This document shows positions 9,642 to 18,818 of a stretch of 64,000 nt of DNA, in pieces. Both the position numbers and the translations under genes were made by a program. The notes below the pieces were generated by a model, which was not told where the DNA came from, did not search any database, and saw only the letters and a program-made list of their open reading frames with translations. This DNA is from Lachnospiraceae bacterium (GTDB lineage Bacteria > Bacillota > Clostridia > Lachnospirales > Lachnospiraceae): NCBI GenBank assembly GCA_045616585.1, contig JAZLGZ010000088.1, forward strand, positions 11,161-75,160. Reading direction: 5' to 3'. Position 1 is the stretch's first letter; each line of letters begins with the position of its first letter.

Positions 9642-10373
9642 ATGGAAATTAAAAGCTACAAAAAAGATTTTGAATATTCCTATACACTTGGCGCATTTCC
9701 GACCTTCGAGCTTATCGATGCAATGCCCGAATGCGTAATTGAGGTACTGGTGCATACTAGCTTTACTGACCGGGAAAAGCTGGATAACAAATGCAGAGCT
9801 GCAGGTATAAAACTTTCCGAGAACAATAAGCTTATTGCAAAGCTTGCCGATAAAGGCAATGTCTATGTTGTCGGAATCTTTAAGAAGTTTGAGCAAATGC
9901 TTGATGCGGAAAGACCACATGTGGTTTTGGTAAACCCTTCGGACATGGGAAATCTCGGAACCATTGTCAGAACCGCATGCGGCTTTGGAATTTGCGATAT
10001 GGCGATTATCGAGCCTGCAGCGGATGTGTTTAATCCAAAAACGGTCAGAGCCAGTATGGGTTCTGTTTTCAGAATCAGACACAGTTCTTTCTCTTCATTC
10101 GGGGAATATATGAAGGCATTTGATTGCGGAACGTATTCGGACGGCAAACGTCGGGTCTTTACTTTCATGCTGAACGGAGAGAAACCGCTTACGGTTGCGG
10201 ATTGCCCCAAACCTGAGCTTTACAGTCTTGTTTTCGGTAACGAAGCGACGGGGCTGCCCGATGAATTTCTTGATTACGGAACCAGTATTATTATTCCGCA
10301 GACGGAGTTTGTCGATTCTTTGAATCTGACTATTGCGGCAGGAATCGGAATGTATATGTTTTCTTCGAAATAG
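9642..10373 (+). CDS. TrmH/SpoU-family RNA 2'-O-methyltransferase.
   Basis: SPOUT motifs NPSDMGNLGTIVRTACGFG, FGNEATGLP and SLNLTIAAGIGMY. ATG 9642 follows a GGAG RBS and lies downstream of the terminator, whereas track start 9588 sits inside the terminator. Confidence 0.8.
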   Translation: MEIKSYKKDFEYSYTLGAFPTFELIDAMPECVIEVLVHTSFTDREKLDNKCRAAGIKLSENNKLIAKLADKGNVYVVGIFKKFEQMLDAERPHVVLVNPSDMGNLGTIVRTACGFGICDMAIIEPAADVFNPKTVRASMGSVFRIRHSSFSSFGEYMKAFDCGTYSDGKRRVFTFMLNGEKPLTVADCPKPELYSLVFGNEATGLPDEFLDYGTSIIIPQTEFVDSLNLTIAAGIGMYMFSSK

Positions 10374-10417
10374 TGCGGCGTTATTTCACTAGATTTTGTG
10401 GTTTTGCCTTGACTTGA

Positions 10418-10458
10418 CCCCTACAATTATTTACACTATTAATTGTAGGGGATTTTTT
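10418..10458 (+). terminator. Rho-independent terminator.
   Basis: Perfect 12-bp stem CCCCTACAATTA / TAATTGTAGGGG followed by ATTTTTT. Confidence 0.8.
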
Positions 10459-10556
10459 ATGCATCTTAATATTGTGTGTTTTTTGCAAGAAAACCTGCAT
10501 TTTAAAGCATTTTGGCTGCGGCACGATGAGCCGTCGGCGTGAAACGGAGAATTATT

Positions 10557-11015
10557 ATGAAGTGTCCTTATTGTGGTGACGAAAATACGAGAGTAATTGA
10601 TTCAAGACCGGCTGAAGACGGAGATTCAATCAGAAGAAGACGTCAGTGTGATGCCTGCAATAAAAGATTTACGACTTATGAGAAGGTTGAGACCATTCCG
10701 GTATTTGTTATTAAGAAGGACAACACCCGTGAGCCTTACGATCGTTCAAAGATTGAAAAGGGAATTATGCTCTCCGTACGTAAACGCTCGGTACCGCTTG
10801 ACAAGATTACCCGCGTAATCGATGACATAGAAAACACAATCTTCAACATGGATACCAAGGAAGTTCCGAGCTATATAATCGGTGAGCTTATCATGGATCG
10901 TCTGCAGAAACTGGATCAGGTTGCATATGTTCGATTTGCTTCGGTTTACCGCGAATTCCAGGATGTTGATACTTTCATGGCAGAACTTCAGAAAATTTTG
11001 GTTCGCGACAGATAA
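10557..11015 (+). CDS. nrdR: Transcriptional repressor NrdR (Zn ribbon plus ATP-cone).
   Basis: MKCPYCGDENTRVIDSRP...CDACNKRFTTYE zinc ribbon followed by an ATP-cone. A GGAG RBS precedes ATG 10557. Confidence 0.93.
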   Translation: MKCPYCGDENTRVIDSRPAEDGDSIRRRRQCDACNKRFTTYEKVETIPVFVIKKDNTREPYDRSKIEKGIMLSVRKRSVPLDKITRVIDDIENTIFNMDTKEVPSYIIGELIMDRLQKLDQVAYVRFASVYREFQDVDTFMAELQKILVRDR

Positions 11016-11182
11016 TTTTTCTAATTGTCAGAAAATATATAAAAACAATATTGATTTATAAGACTTTTTGTGATATCCTTCGGATATAGGATTTATTGCA
11101 AAAAGTCTTTTTTGTGGCAATCGCCATGTGTCTTTGTGCATTTCGCACGTTTTTTCCATGCAGTGATTTTGGAGGATTTATA

Positions 11183-12727
11183 TTGTTCAGCAGTGTTTCA
11201 TGCGCAGCCGTATATGGCATTGAGGCGCAGATTATCAGATGTGAGGCGGATGTGAGTGACGGTCTGCCTATGTTTAATATGGTTGGGTTCCTTGCCAGTG
11301 AGGTTAAAGAAGCAAAGGACAGAGTTCGTACCGCAATCAGGAATTCAGGGTTTGCAATGAAACCGAAACGAATTACGGTCAATCTTTCGCCTGCGGATAA
11401 AAGGAAATTCGGAACAGGTTTTGATCTGCCCATTGCTTTGGCTGTGCTTTGCGCATCTGAAGTGATTCCTTGCGAAAGATTGTCGGATATTTTGTTTGCG
11501 GGGGAGTTGGGACTTAACGGAGAAATCAAAACGGTTCCGGGAATTTTGCCGATTGTTATTGCGGCAAAAGATGCCGGATATAAAAAAGTTATCATTCCGA
11601 GAGGGAATGCGGGTGAAGGAGCTGTAGTCGCGGGAATAGACTGTATTGGGGCTTCGTCGTTAAAAGAGGTGGCAGAGTACTTATACGGATATGAAAGCGA
11701 AGAGATGCGGCCTGTTCATGTTGACGTCGAAGAATTGTTTATGAAGGGCAGCGCTGACGGAGGTGAAGACTTTGGGGAGATAGCGGGCCAGAGTGTGGCC
11801 CGCAGGGCGGTTGAGATAGCTGTGACGGGTCAGCACAATATATTGCTTGCCGGACCTCCGGGGGCCGGTAAAACAATGCTGGCAAAAAGAATTCCGGGAA
11901 TAATGCCGAAGCTTCGGTTTGAAGAAAGCATGGAACTGTCGAGGATTTACAGTGTAGCCGGAAAACTTGACAGTGATAATTTTCTTGTAACGAAACGGCC
12001 CTTCAGAAATCCGCATCATACAGCTACGGTAAATTCCATAGTGGGAGGAGGTCAGTACCCGCTCCCCGGAGAGGTAAGTCTTGCGGTTAACGGAGTTCTT
12101 TTTCTTGACGAGATGCCGGAGTTTAACCGCGAAGTTATCGAGGCACTCAGGCAGCCTCTGGAGGACAGAAAGGTAAATATTTCAAGACTGAATGCATCCT
12201 ATTCATACCCTGCCGGGTTTATGCTCGTCGCGTCCGCAAACAACTGCCCGTGCGGTTTTTACCCGGACAGGAACCGATGCAGCTGCACTGCAAGCATGAT
12301 AAGCAGGTACAGACATAAAATCAGCAAACCGATTCTCGACAGAATTGATTTGGCGGTAAACGTCGAAGAGGTTGATTTTGCTTCGCTTAAAGGGAACATA
12401 AGGAATGAATCATCCGAAGTAATCCGGGAACGGGTTGAGAGGGCCAGAAAAATTCAGGAAGAACGTTACAAAGGGACCGATATCAGATTCAATTCTCAGC
12501 TGAATGCCTCATCAATTAAAAAGTTTTGCGGGCTGGGAAAAGAAGAGGAGGATTTGATGGAACAGGCTTTCAGCACAATGAATTTAAGTGCCAGAGGATA
12601 CCAGCGGATACTGAAAGTAGCAAGGACCATAGCGGATATGGAGGAGGCGGATAACATAGGCTGCAGGCATCTGGCCGAAGCACTCGGATATCGTCCGTCG
12701 GCTTCCGGAGGTGAAAATGCAGTATGA
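11183..12727 (+). CDS. comM: Mg-chelatase-like AAA+ protein ComM/YifB.
   Basis: Lon-protease-like N-domain, Walker A LAGPPGAGKTMLAKR and ChlI-type C-terminus. TTG 11183 sits 7 nt after GGAGG and gives the family-typical N-terminus (M)FSSVSCAAVYGIEA. The upstream extension in the track is not protein-like. Confidence 0.88.
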   Translation: MFSSVSCAAVYGIEAQIIRCEADVSDGLPMFNMVGFLASEVKEAKDRVRTAIRNSGFAMKPKRITVNLSPADKRKFGTGFDLPIALAVLCASEVIPCERLSDILFAGELGLNGEIKTVPGILPIVIAAKDAGYKKVIIPRGNAGEGAVVAGIDCIGASSLKEVAEYLYGYESEEMRPVHVDVEELFMKGSADGGEDFGEIAGQSVARRAVEIAVTGQHNILLAGPPGAGKTMLAKRIPGIMPKLRFEESMELSRIYSVAGKLDSDNFLVTKRPFRNPHHTATVNSIVGGGQYPLPGEVSLAVNGVLFLDEMPEFNREVIEALRQPLEDRKVNISRLNASYSYPAGFMLVASANNCPCGFYPDRNRCSCTASMISRYRHKISKPILDRIDLAVNVEEVDFASLKGNIRNESSEVIRERVERARKIQEERYKGTDIRFNSQLNASSIKKFCGLGKEEEDLMEQAFSTMNLSARGYQRILKVARTIADMEEADNIGCRHLAEALGYRPSASGGENAV

Positions 12728-13845
12728 ATTATGAAGACAAATATATGAATCTGATTTGCGGAGTACCAGGACTTGGAAAAGTTTCGTTTGAACGCCTGAT
12801 CGAATACTTTGAGACACCCAAAGCAATAATCGAAGCCGGGTACGAAGAAATACTGGCAAGCAGTACCGTACCCTGCAAACTGGCGGGAGAAATGCGTACC
12901 TTTTTTTGCGGAAAAGATCCGGATAAAGAGATGGAAATGATTGCCGGTAAAAATATTAAATTCGTACATGCCTATGATGAGCATTATCCGCAAAGATTGT
13001 CTGATATACCTTCACCACCGCTTGGACTGTATTATATCGGAGATTTGCCGGAAGACTCGCGTGCCTCGATTGCGATAGTCGGCAGCAGGACATGCTCAGC
13101 TTACGGCAGGGAGGTCAGCCGGAAGTTTGCTTACGAGCTCGCAGGTGTGGAAATAGATATTATCAGCGGAATGGCACTGGGAGTGGACGGTCATGCCCAT
13201 CGCGGCGCAATAGCGGCAGGCGGAAGAACGTTCGCGGTTTTGGGTAGCGGGGCGGATGTGTGTTATCCGGACAGGAACAGGGATATATATGACATCCTTT
13301 GCAAAAAGGGCGGGATTATTTCGGAATTTTATCCGCAAACAGTACCGATACCTCTTAACTTTCCCATAAGGAATCGTATTATATCGGGGCTGTCGGATGC
13401 AATACTGGTTGTGGAAGCAAGAAAGCAGAGCGGAACGAGTATTACGGTTTCCATGGGGCTTGAACAGGGCAGGGAAATATTTGCTGTTCCCGGAAGAATC
13501 GACGATGCGCTGAGTATAGGATGTAATCTGGTAATACGTCAAGGGGCCGTGCTGGTTACGGCGCCGGAAGATATTATCGAGGATCTTGCGCCAAGATACG
13601 GATATCTGGTTGATAAAAAGGCTTCGAAATATGCAAAAGAAGATAAGGCTGCAATAAAGGAACTGTCACAGGGAGAGAAGAAGCTGTATAAGATTTTGGG
13701 ATTGGAACCTAAGGGAATTGACGATTTGGCGCTGAAAGCGGGAATAAGCGTATCGGATGCTGTTTCGTTTCTTTCGGTGCTGGAACTTAAAGGCTTGTGC
13801 AGGCAAGTCGGATTAGGACGATATTCACGATTGCACTTGAAATAA
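12724..13845 (+). CDS. dprA: DNA-processing protein DprA (Smf).
   Basis: Rossmann-like DprA core (IAIVGSR, ISGMALGVDGHAHRGA, RNRIISGLS) and a C-terminal winged-helix region. ATGA overlap with comM. Confidence 0.9.
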   Translation: MNYEDKYMNLICGVPGLGKVSFERLIEYFETPKAIIEAGYEEILASSTVPCKLAGEMRTFFCGKDPDKEMEMIAGKNIKFVHAYDEHYPQRLSDIPSPPLGLYYIGDLPEDSRASIAIVGSRTCSAYGREVSRKFAYELAGVEIDIISGMALGVDGHAHRGAIAAGGRTFAVLGSGADVCYPDRNRDIYDILCKKGGIISEFYPQTVPIPLNFPIRNRIISGLSDAILVVEARKQSGTSITVSMGLEQGREIFAVPGRIDDALSIGCNLVIRQGAVLVTAPEDIIEDLAPRYGYLVDKKASKYAKEDKAAIKELSQGEKKLYKILGLEPKGIDDLALKAGISVSDAVSFLSVLELKGLCRQVGLGRYSRLHLK

Positions 13846-13920
13846 TTACGGCATTAAGATATAAAATGAAAATATAAGTCAAAACAAAGGACGGCACAAT
13901 GATGAAACAGAAATCAAAAG

Positions 13921-13928
13921 GCCGATAT
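13921..13928 (+). promoter_or_regulatory. Sigma-28 (SigD/FliA) -10-like octamer GCCGATAT upstream of the YkgJ-family gene.
   Basis: Exact match to the GCCGATAT -10 consensus, 37 nt before ATG 13966. No clear TAAA -35 at a 15-nt spacing. Confidence 0.25.
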
Positions 13929-13965
13929 AAAAATCAAAATGCAGATATAAAAGAGAGATATATTT

Positions 13966-14613
13966 ATGAAAAGAAATGTAAGTCTTGAAGAGATTACCGA
14001 CGGAAAGCTTTACGGAATCAACGATCTTGTGAGAGTAGGCAACAACGGGTGCAGAGGCTGCCACAGCTGCTGCAGGGATTCGGCAGATACAATAAAGCTC
14101 GATCCGTGGGATGTTTGTACTTTGACAAACGGACTTAATAAGAGCTTTGAGAAACTGATGGGCGAAGGACTGGTTGAACTTAATGTCGTTGACGGTCTGG
14201 TGCTGCCTAATCTTAAACTCGATAAAGACAAGGGCTGTTCATTCCTGAATGAAGAAGGACGATGCAGCATTCACTCGATACGTCCCGGCTTTTGCAGGCT
14301 GTTTCCGCTCGGAAGATATTATCATGATGATACGTTTTCATATATTCTTCAGATTCATGAGTGCCCAAGATGTGACGTAAAAGTCAAAGTTTCAAAATGG
14401 CTTGATACTCCGGACTGTTTAAAACGCGAGGAATTTGCGGGAAAATGGCACTATTATATTAAGAAGCTTTCCGAGGAAGCAACAGCTTGCGCAGGCAGCG
14501 AGAAAAGCCGCAATATCAGTATGAAAGTACTGACGAAGTTTTATCTTACACCTTTTTGCAAAGATACGTTTTATGACGCGGTTTATGAGCGTATGGCAGA
14601 AAATGATGCATAA
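13966..14613 (+). CDS. YkgJ-family Cys-cluster (CxxCxxCC) protein, the family that includes flagellin N-methylase FliB.
   Basis: CRGCHSCC, then CSFLNEEGRCSIHSIRPGFCRLFP, as in the UPF0153/YkgJ zinc/iron-chelating domain. Confidence 0.75.
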   Translation: MKRNVSLEEITDGKLYGINDLVRVGNNGCRGCHSCCRDSADTIKLDPWDVCTLTNGLNKSFEKLMGEGLVELNVVDGLVLPNLKLDKDKGCSFLNEEGRCSIHSIRPGFCRLFPLGRYYHDDTFSYILQIHECPRCDVKVKVSKWLDTPDCLKREEFAGKWHYYIKKLSEEATACAGSEKSRNISMKVLTKFYLTPFCKDTFYDAVYERMAENDA

Positions 14614-14639
14614 AAATACATAAAACAGAAAAAAGAGGG

Positions 14640-14668
14640 TTGCAACTGGGTCTGAAAAAGTGTATGCT
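14640..14668 (+). promoter_or_regulatory. Putative sigma-A promoter of topA.
   Basis: TTGCAA (14640-14645), 17-nt spacer, TATGCT (14663-14668), 32 nt upstream of ATG 14701. Confidence 0.45.
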
Positions 14669-14700
14669 ATGCTCGTTTAGACCAAAAGGAGGCAAAAAGG

Positions 14701-16695
14701 ATGGCAAAAAATCTTGTAATTGTGGAGTCACCTGCCAAAGCCAAGACTATAAAAAAGTTCCTGGGTACAGGATATGAAGTTATTGCATCAAACGGTCATG
14801 TGAGAGATCTTCCCAAGAGTTCAATGGGTATTGATGTCGAGCATGGGTTTGAGCCTAAATATATAACCATCAGAGGAAAGGGAGATCTTCTTGCGGAACT
14901 TAGGAAAGAAGTAAAGAAGGCAGATAAAGTATATCTCGCAACCGACCCTGACCGTGAGGGAGAGGCGATTTCATGGCATCTTGCCGAACTGCTTAAGTTA
15001 AGCGAGAAGAATTTCAGCAGAATTACATTTAACGAAATTACCAAAAATGCGATCAAGAATTCGATTAAGCAGGCCAGAGACATCGATATGGATCTTGTCG
15101 ATGCTCAGCAGGCAAGACGAATCCTTGACAGAATGGTTGGATATCAGATAAGTCCGCTCTTATGGGCAAAGGTTAAGTCAGGTCTTTCTGCAGGAAGAGT
15201 TCAGTCTTCGGCATTAAGAATTATTGCGGACCGTGAGGCTGAAATTGCTGCATTTGTTCCCGAGGAATATTGGTATATCGATGCTTTACTCAGGAATGCA
15301 AAAGGTAATAAGAGCTTTGTGGCTCATTTAAGCGGCTATAATTCAAAAAAGATTAATATATCTTCTGCCGAAGACGCAGAGAATATAAAGAAGGCGGTTG
15401 AAGGAAAGAATTTTTCAATCACCGATATCAAGCATGGCGAGCGCAGACGTAAGGCTCCGCTCCCGTTTACCACCAGTACCCTTCAGCAGGAAGCTGCAAA
15501 GCTGTTGAACTTTTCCACTCAGAAGACTATGCAGATTGCACAGCAGCTTTATGAAGGCGTCGATGTAAAGGGTCACGGTACGATAGGACTTATTACATAC
15601 CTTCGTACGGATTCAACCAGAATTTCGGAGGAGGCGGATGCAGCGGCACGTGAATATATTGCTGCCGAATTCGGTGACAAATATCTTGCCCTTAAGCAGC
15701 AGGAGGCAGCAACAGGAAAGAAGATTCAGGATGCCCACGAAGCAATCAGACCTTCGTACGTCGATCTTACTCCCGATTCAATCAAGGATTCACTGGCAAG
15801 AGATCAGTTGAAGCTTTATAAGCTTATTTGGAAACGATTTATCGCAAGCCGTATGGATCAGGCTGTTTATGAGACCACTTCCGTTAAGCTTGACGTAAAC
15901 GGATATAATTTTACCGCCGGAGCCGCAAAGCTTTCGTTTGATGGCTTCATGTCGGTATACAAGCTTGATGAGGATAAAAATCGTGAAGAGGACAGTAAGG
16001 ATCTTTCATGGTTGGAGAAGGACACCGAGATTGTTTGCGAAACAATAGATGCGGAGCAGCATTTTACACAGCCACCCGCACATTTCAACGAGGGCTCACT
16101 GGTAAAGGCACTCGAAGAACTCGGAATCGGACGTCCAAGCACTTATGCACCTACTATTACGACAATCATTGCCCGTCATTATGTGGCTAAAGAGAATAAA
16201 AATCTTTATATCACCGAACTTGGCGAAGCGGTTAACAGTATTATGCTCAAGTCATTCCCTGCTATTGTAGATGTAAACTTTACAGCAACCATGGAAAGTC
16301 TGCTCGATGCCGTAGGCAACGGAGAAGTTAAGTGGAAAACCGTAATCGAGAATTTCTATCCCGATCTTGAAGAGTCGGTTAAGGAGGCAAATAAAGATCT
16401 CGAAAAGGTTAACATTAAATACGAGGAAACCGATATAGTATGTGAACAGTGCGGAAGAAATATGGTTATTAAGTACGGTCCTCACGGTAAATTCCTTGCC
16501 TGTCCCGGATTCCCGGAATGCAGAAACACAAAGCCGCTCATTGAGACAACCGGACAGAAGTGTCCCAAATGCGGCAAGGGTGACGTACTAATAATGAAAA
16601 CCAGGAAGGGCAGACGTTTTTACGGTTGCTCCTGTCATCCGGATTGTGACTTTGTTTCCTGGCAGAAGCCCGATGCTCCTGCTGCTGAATCGTAA
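14701..16695 (+). CDS. topA: DNA topoisomerase I.
   Basis: Toprim N-terminus (LVIVESPAKAKTIKKFLG, DPDREGEAISWH), type IA core and C-terminal CxxC zinc ribbons. Confidence 0.95.
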   Translation: MAKNLVIVESPAKAKTIKKFLGTGYEVIASNGHVRDLPKSSMGIDVEHGFEPKYITIRGKGDLLAELRKEVKKADKVYLATDPDREGEAISWHLAELLKLSEKNFSRITFNEITKNAIKNSIKQARDIDMDLVDAQQARRILDRMVGYQISPLLWAKVKSGLSAGRVQSSALRIIADREAEIAAFVPEEYWYIDALLRNAKGNKSFVAHLSGYNSKKINISSAEDAENIKKAVEGKNFSITDIKHGERRRKAPLPFTTSTLQQEAAKLLNFSTQKTMQIAQQLYEGVDVKGHGTIGLITYLRTDSTRISEEADAAAREYIAAEFGDKYLALKQQEAATGKKIQDAHEAIRPSYVDLTPDSIKDSLARDQLKLYKLIWKRFIASRMDQAVYETTSVKLDVNGYNFTAGAAKLSFDGFMSVYKLDEDKNREEDSKDLSWLEKDTEIVCETIDAEQHFTQPPAHFNEGSLVKALEELGIGRPSTYAPTITTIIARHYVAKENKNLYITELGEAVNSIMLKSFPAIVDVNFTATMESLLDAVGNGEVKWKTVIENFYPDLEESVKEANKDLEKVNIKYEETDIVCEQCGRNMVIKYGPHGKFLACPGFPECRNTKPLIETTGQKCPKCGKGDVLIMKTRKGRRFYGCSCHPDCDFVSWQKPDAPAAES

Positions 16696-16840
16696 ATTGT
16701 ATATCTAGTCTTTGAATTGTATTTGCAATTCGGAAGAAATCCTTGAATTTCAACAAATTCCTATTGCATAAGTGAAAGATTGTATGCTAATATTTTAATT
16801 GTATTCATGCATACTTAACATTTATGGGGGAATTGTAAGG

Positions 16841-17608
16841 ATGAGTGTACAGTTATTGGATAGGACCAGAAAGATTAACAAGCTGCTTCACAACAATAGT
16901 TCTCACAAGGTAGTGTTTAATGATATCTGCCTTGTTCTCAGTGACATACTTGAGTCGAATATTCTGGTTATCAGCCGTAAGGGAAAAGTATTGGGAATTA
17001 AAAATCGGAACGATATAGAACCCATAAAGGAGCTGATTAAGGATACGGTCGGCGGACATATCGATTTCGAGCTTAATGAAAGACTGCTTAACATCCTTTC
17101 CACAAAGGAAAACGTTAATCTTGAAACACTTGGTTTCGAGTCCGGTAATGTCGGAGATTACGTTGCCATTATCACTCCTATCGATATTGCGGGTGAGCGT
17201 CTTGGAACTTTGTTCCTTTACAGAAAAGGCCGTACTTTTAATATCGATGACATTATTTTAAGTGAATACGGAACAACGGTTGTCGGACTTGAGATGATGA
17301 GATCCGTGAACGAAGAGAATGCCGAAGAGAGTCGTAAGGTTCAGATTGTTCGCTCTGCTATCGGAACACTGAGCTTTTCGGAACTGGAAGCCATCAAGCA
17401 TATTTTTGATGAACTTGACGGCAATGAGGGAATTCTGGTTGCAAGTAAAATTGCGGATCGTGTCGGTATTACCCGTTCGGTTATCGTAAATGCCCTCAGA
17501 AAGTTTGAAAGTGCAGGGGTTATCGAATCAAGGTCTTCGGGTATGAAGGGTACTTACATCAAAGTTCTCAACGATGTGGTGTTTGAAGAATTAAGGAATA
17601 CAAAGTGA
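16841..17608 (+). CDS. codY: GTP/BCAA-sensing global regulator CodY.
   Basis: GAF-like N-domain and the CodY wHTH ASKIADRVGITRSVIVNALRKFESAGVIESRS. Start MSVQLLDRTRKIN at 16841. Confidence 0.93.
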   Translation: MSVQLLDRTRKINKLLHNNSSHKVVFNDICLVLSDILESNILVISRKGKVLGIKNRNDIEPIKELIKDTVGGHIDFELNERLLNILSTKENVNLETLGFESGNVGDYVAIITPIDIAGERLGTLFLYRKGRTFNIDDIILSEYGTTVVGLEMMRSVNEENAEESRKVQIVRSAIGTLSFSELEAIKHIFDELDGNEGILVASKIADRVGITRSVIVNALRKFESAGVIESRSSGMKGTYIKVLNDVVFEELRNTK

Positions 17609-17642
17609 ATATTATCTGAATAATAAAGGATTGGCTTTTATT

Positions 17643-17680
17643 AAAGGGATTTTGTTTAAAAACAAGGTCCCTTTTTGTTT
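17643..17680 (+). terminator. Rho-independent terminator after codY.
   Basis: Stem AAAGGGATTTTGTT / AACAAGGTCCCTTT (two G-U pairs), TAAA loop and a T-rich tail. Confidence 0.75.
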
Positions 17681-17863
17681 TGCCATATTCGGTACACACA
17701 ATTTATAGTGGGAATTTGTTTTTTTGTAAATATATCTTGTGTTTTAATTCCATTATAATATAATTATATATGTATAATTACGTGAAGTGCCGAAATATGA
17801 GTATTTTGAGCAAAATCGGAAGAGGACACGAAGGATTTACGTGACCGAATAAAGGAGGATAAG

Positions 17864-18265
17864 ATGATTGGATCTAATGCGTTCAACTACATAAATGTTC
17901 TTAATAAGGCAGCAGACGCAAGCTGGACCAGAAACGAAGTTATTGCGAACAATATCGCGAATGCTTCGACCCCCGATTACAAGCGTAAGGATATTTTCTT
18001 TGAAGATTATTTGAAGTCCGAGATTATGAAGGCGCCTGAAGGTACTGCAGATTTAAACCGCAGAGTGGCGGACGTTGACCTTAGTAAGCTCGGTACGAGA
18101 ATATATACCGATCAGAGCAATTTAAGCTACCGCAAGGACGGCAACAATGTTGATATAAATACCGAAAACGCGAACCTTGCGGAAAATCAGATCAAGTATT
18201 ATACACTGCTTGATTCCATGTCACAGGAATTCAGCCGTATCAAGTCGGTGCTTTCCAAGGGTTGA
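17864..18265 (+). CDS. flgB: Flagellar basal-body rod protein FlgB.
   Basis: NIANASTPDYKRKD rod-protein N-motif. AAAGGAGG RBS. First gene of the operon, as in B. subtilis. Confidence 0.9.
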   Translation: MIGSNAFNYINVLNKAADASWTRNEVIANNIANASTPDYKRKDIFFEDYLKSEIMKAPEGTADLNRRVADVDLSKLGTRIYTDQSNLSYRKDGNNVDINTENANLAENQIKYYTLLDSMSQEFSRIKSVLSKG

Positions 18266-18302
18266 TTTGCAATCGGTTCATAGGACCGTGAAAGGATGAA
18301 TT

Positions 18303-18758
18303 ATGAGCGGAATTTTTAACGGACTGAACATCAGCGCAAGCGGAATGACGGCCCAGACACTTCGAATGGATACTATTTCGCAGAATATTGCGAATGTAAA
18401 TACAACAAGAGATCAGAACGGAAATCCTTACAGACGTAAGACTGTAGTATTTGCGGAGAAAACGGACGATGCTTTTCAGTATGCTCTTGAGCAGTCTCAG
18501 GCCAGACATGCAATCAGACCGGACGGCAAGGGTGTAAAGGTTACAGCAATAGTTGAGGATCACGTGGCTGCAATGAAGAAGGTGTATGATCCTTCTCATC
18601 CCGATGCGGACGAGGATGGATATGTTACTTTACCGAATGTCAATACGGTCACCGAGATGACCAATCTTATTGATGCTACGCGTTCTTACGAGGCGAATGT
18701 TACCGCATTCAATGCGACAAAGAACATGCTCCTTAAGGGACTTGAACTAGGCAAATGA
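18303..18758 (+). CDS. flgC: Flagellar basal-body rod protein FlgC.
   Basis: ISQNIANVNTTR N-motif and C-terminal VNTVTEMTNLIDATRSYEANV. Confidence 0.92.
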   Translation: MSGIFNGLNISASGMTAQTLRMDTISQNIANVNTTRDQNGNPYRRKTVVFAEKTDDAFQYALEQSQARHAIRPDGKGVKVTAIVEDHVAAMKKVYDPSHPDADEDGYVTLPNVNTVTEMTNLIDATRSYEANVTAFNATKNMLLKGLELGK

Positions 18759-18818
18759 TGGTGGCGGACGTTCGGCCTGATGCCGCGTCCCAAGAAGGAT
18801 TTATTTTGGAGGTAGTGT

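Noticed and set aside
9444-10082. Other 200-aa-class minus-strand ORFs: 9444-10082, 23203-23847, 37953-38600, 39764-40384, 41826-42455 and 61085-61690.
   Set aside because: Each is antisense to a confidently assigned + strand gene (trmH-family, fliI, flhB, flhA, flhG, HD-GYP). None has a plausible RBS or domain signature, and the sequences are Cys/Arg/His/Phe-rich in a way not typical of proteins.
10433-10477. Two NrdR-box-like 16-mers (ACACTATTAATTGTAG and CATCTTAATATTGTGT) upstream of nrdR, suggesting autoregulation.
   Set aside because: They match the acaCwAtATaTwGtgt consensus at only about 11-12 of 16 positions. Centre-to-centre spacing is 29 bp rather than the usual integral-turn spacing of about 31-32 bp. 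The first box is embedded in the loop and 3' arm of the upstream terminator. No nrd gene follows. A motif scan with a trained model would be needed to revive the idea.
11096-11182. N-terminal extensions given by the ORF track for comM (11096), trmH (9588), nrdR (10539), codY (16799), flhB (37395), rpsB (53241), DUF1295 (56076), HD-GYP (60635), purL (713), fliO (34792), the MoeA-like gene (57113) and moaA (58646).
   Set aside because: The family-typical N-termini begin at internal starts that are each preceded by a Shine-Dalgarno sequence at 6-10 nt. The extensions overlap terminators, leaders or upstream genes and are not protein-like.
13899-13988. A 29-codon Lys-rich mini-ORF (MMKQKSKGRYKNQNADIKERYIYEKKCKS) with an AAAGGA RBS, overlapping the start of the YkgJ-family gene.
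   Set aside because: The region is AT-rich, where such ORFs arise by chance. I can assess neither conservation nor function. It overlaps the better-supported downstream start in another frame. It is noted only because the GCCGATAT box lies inside it.
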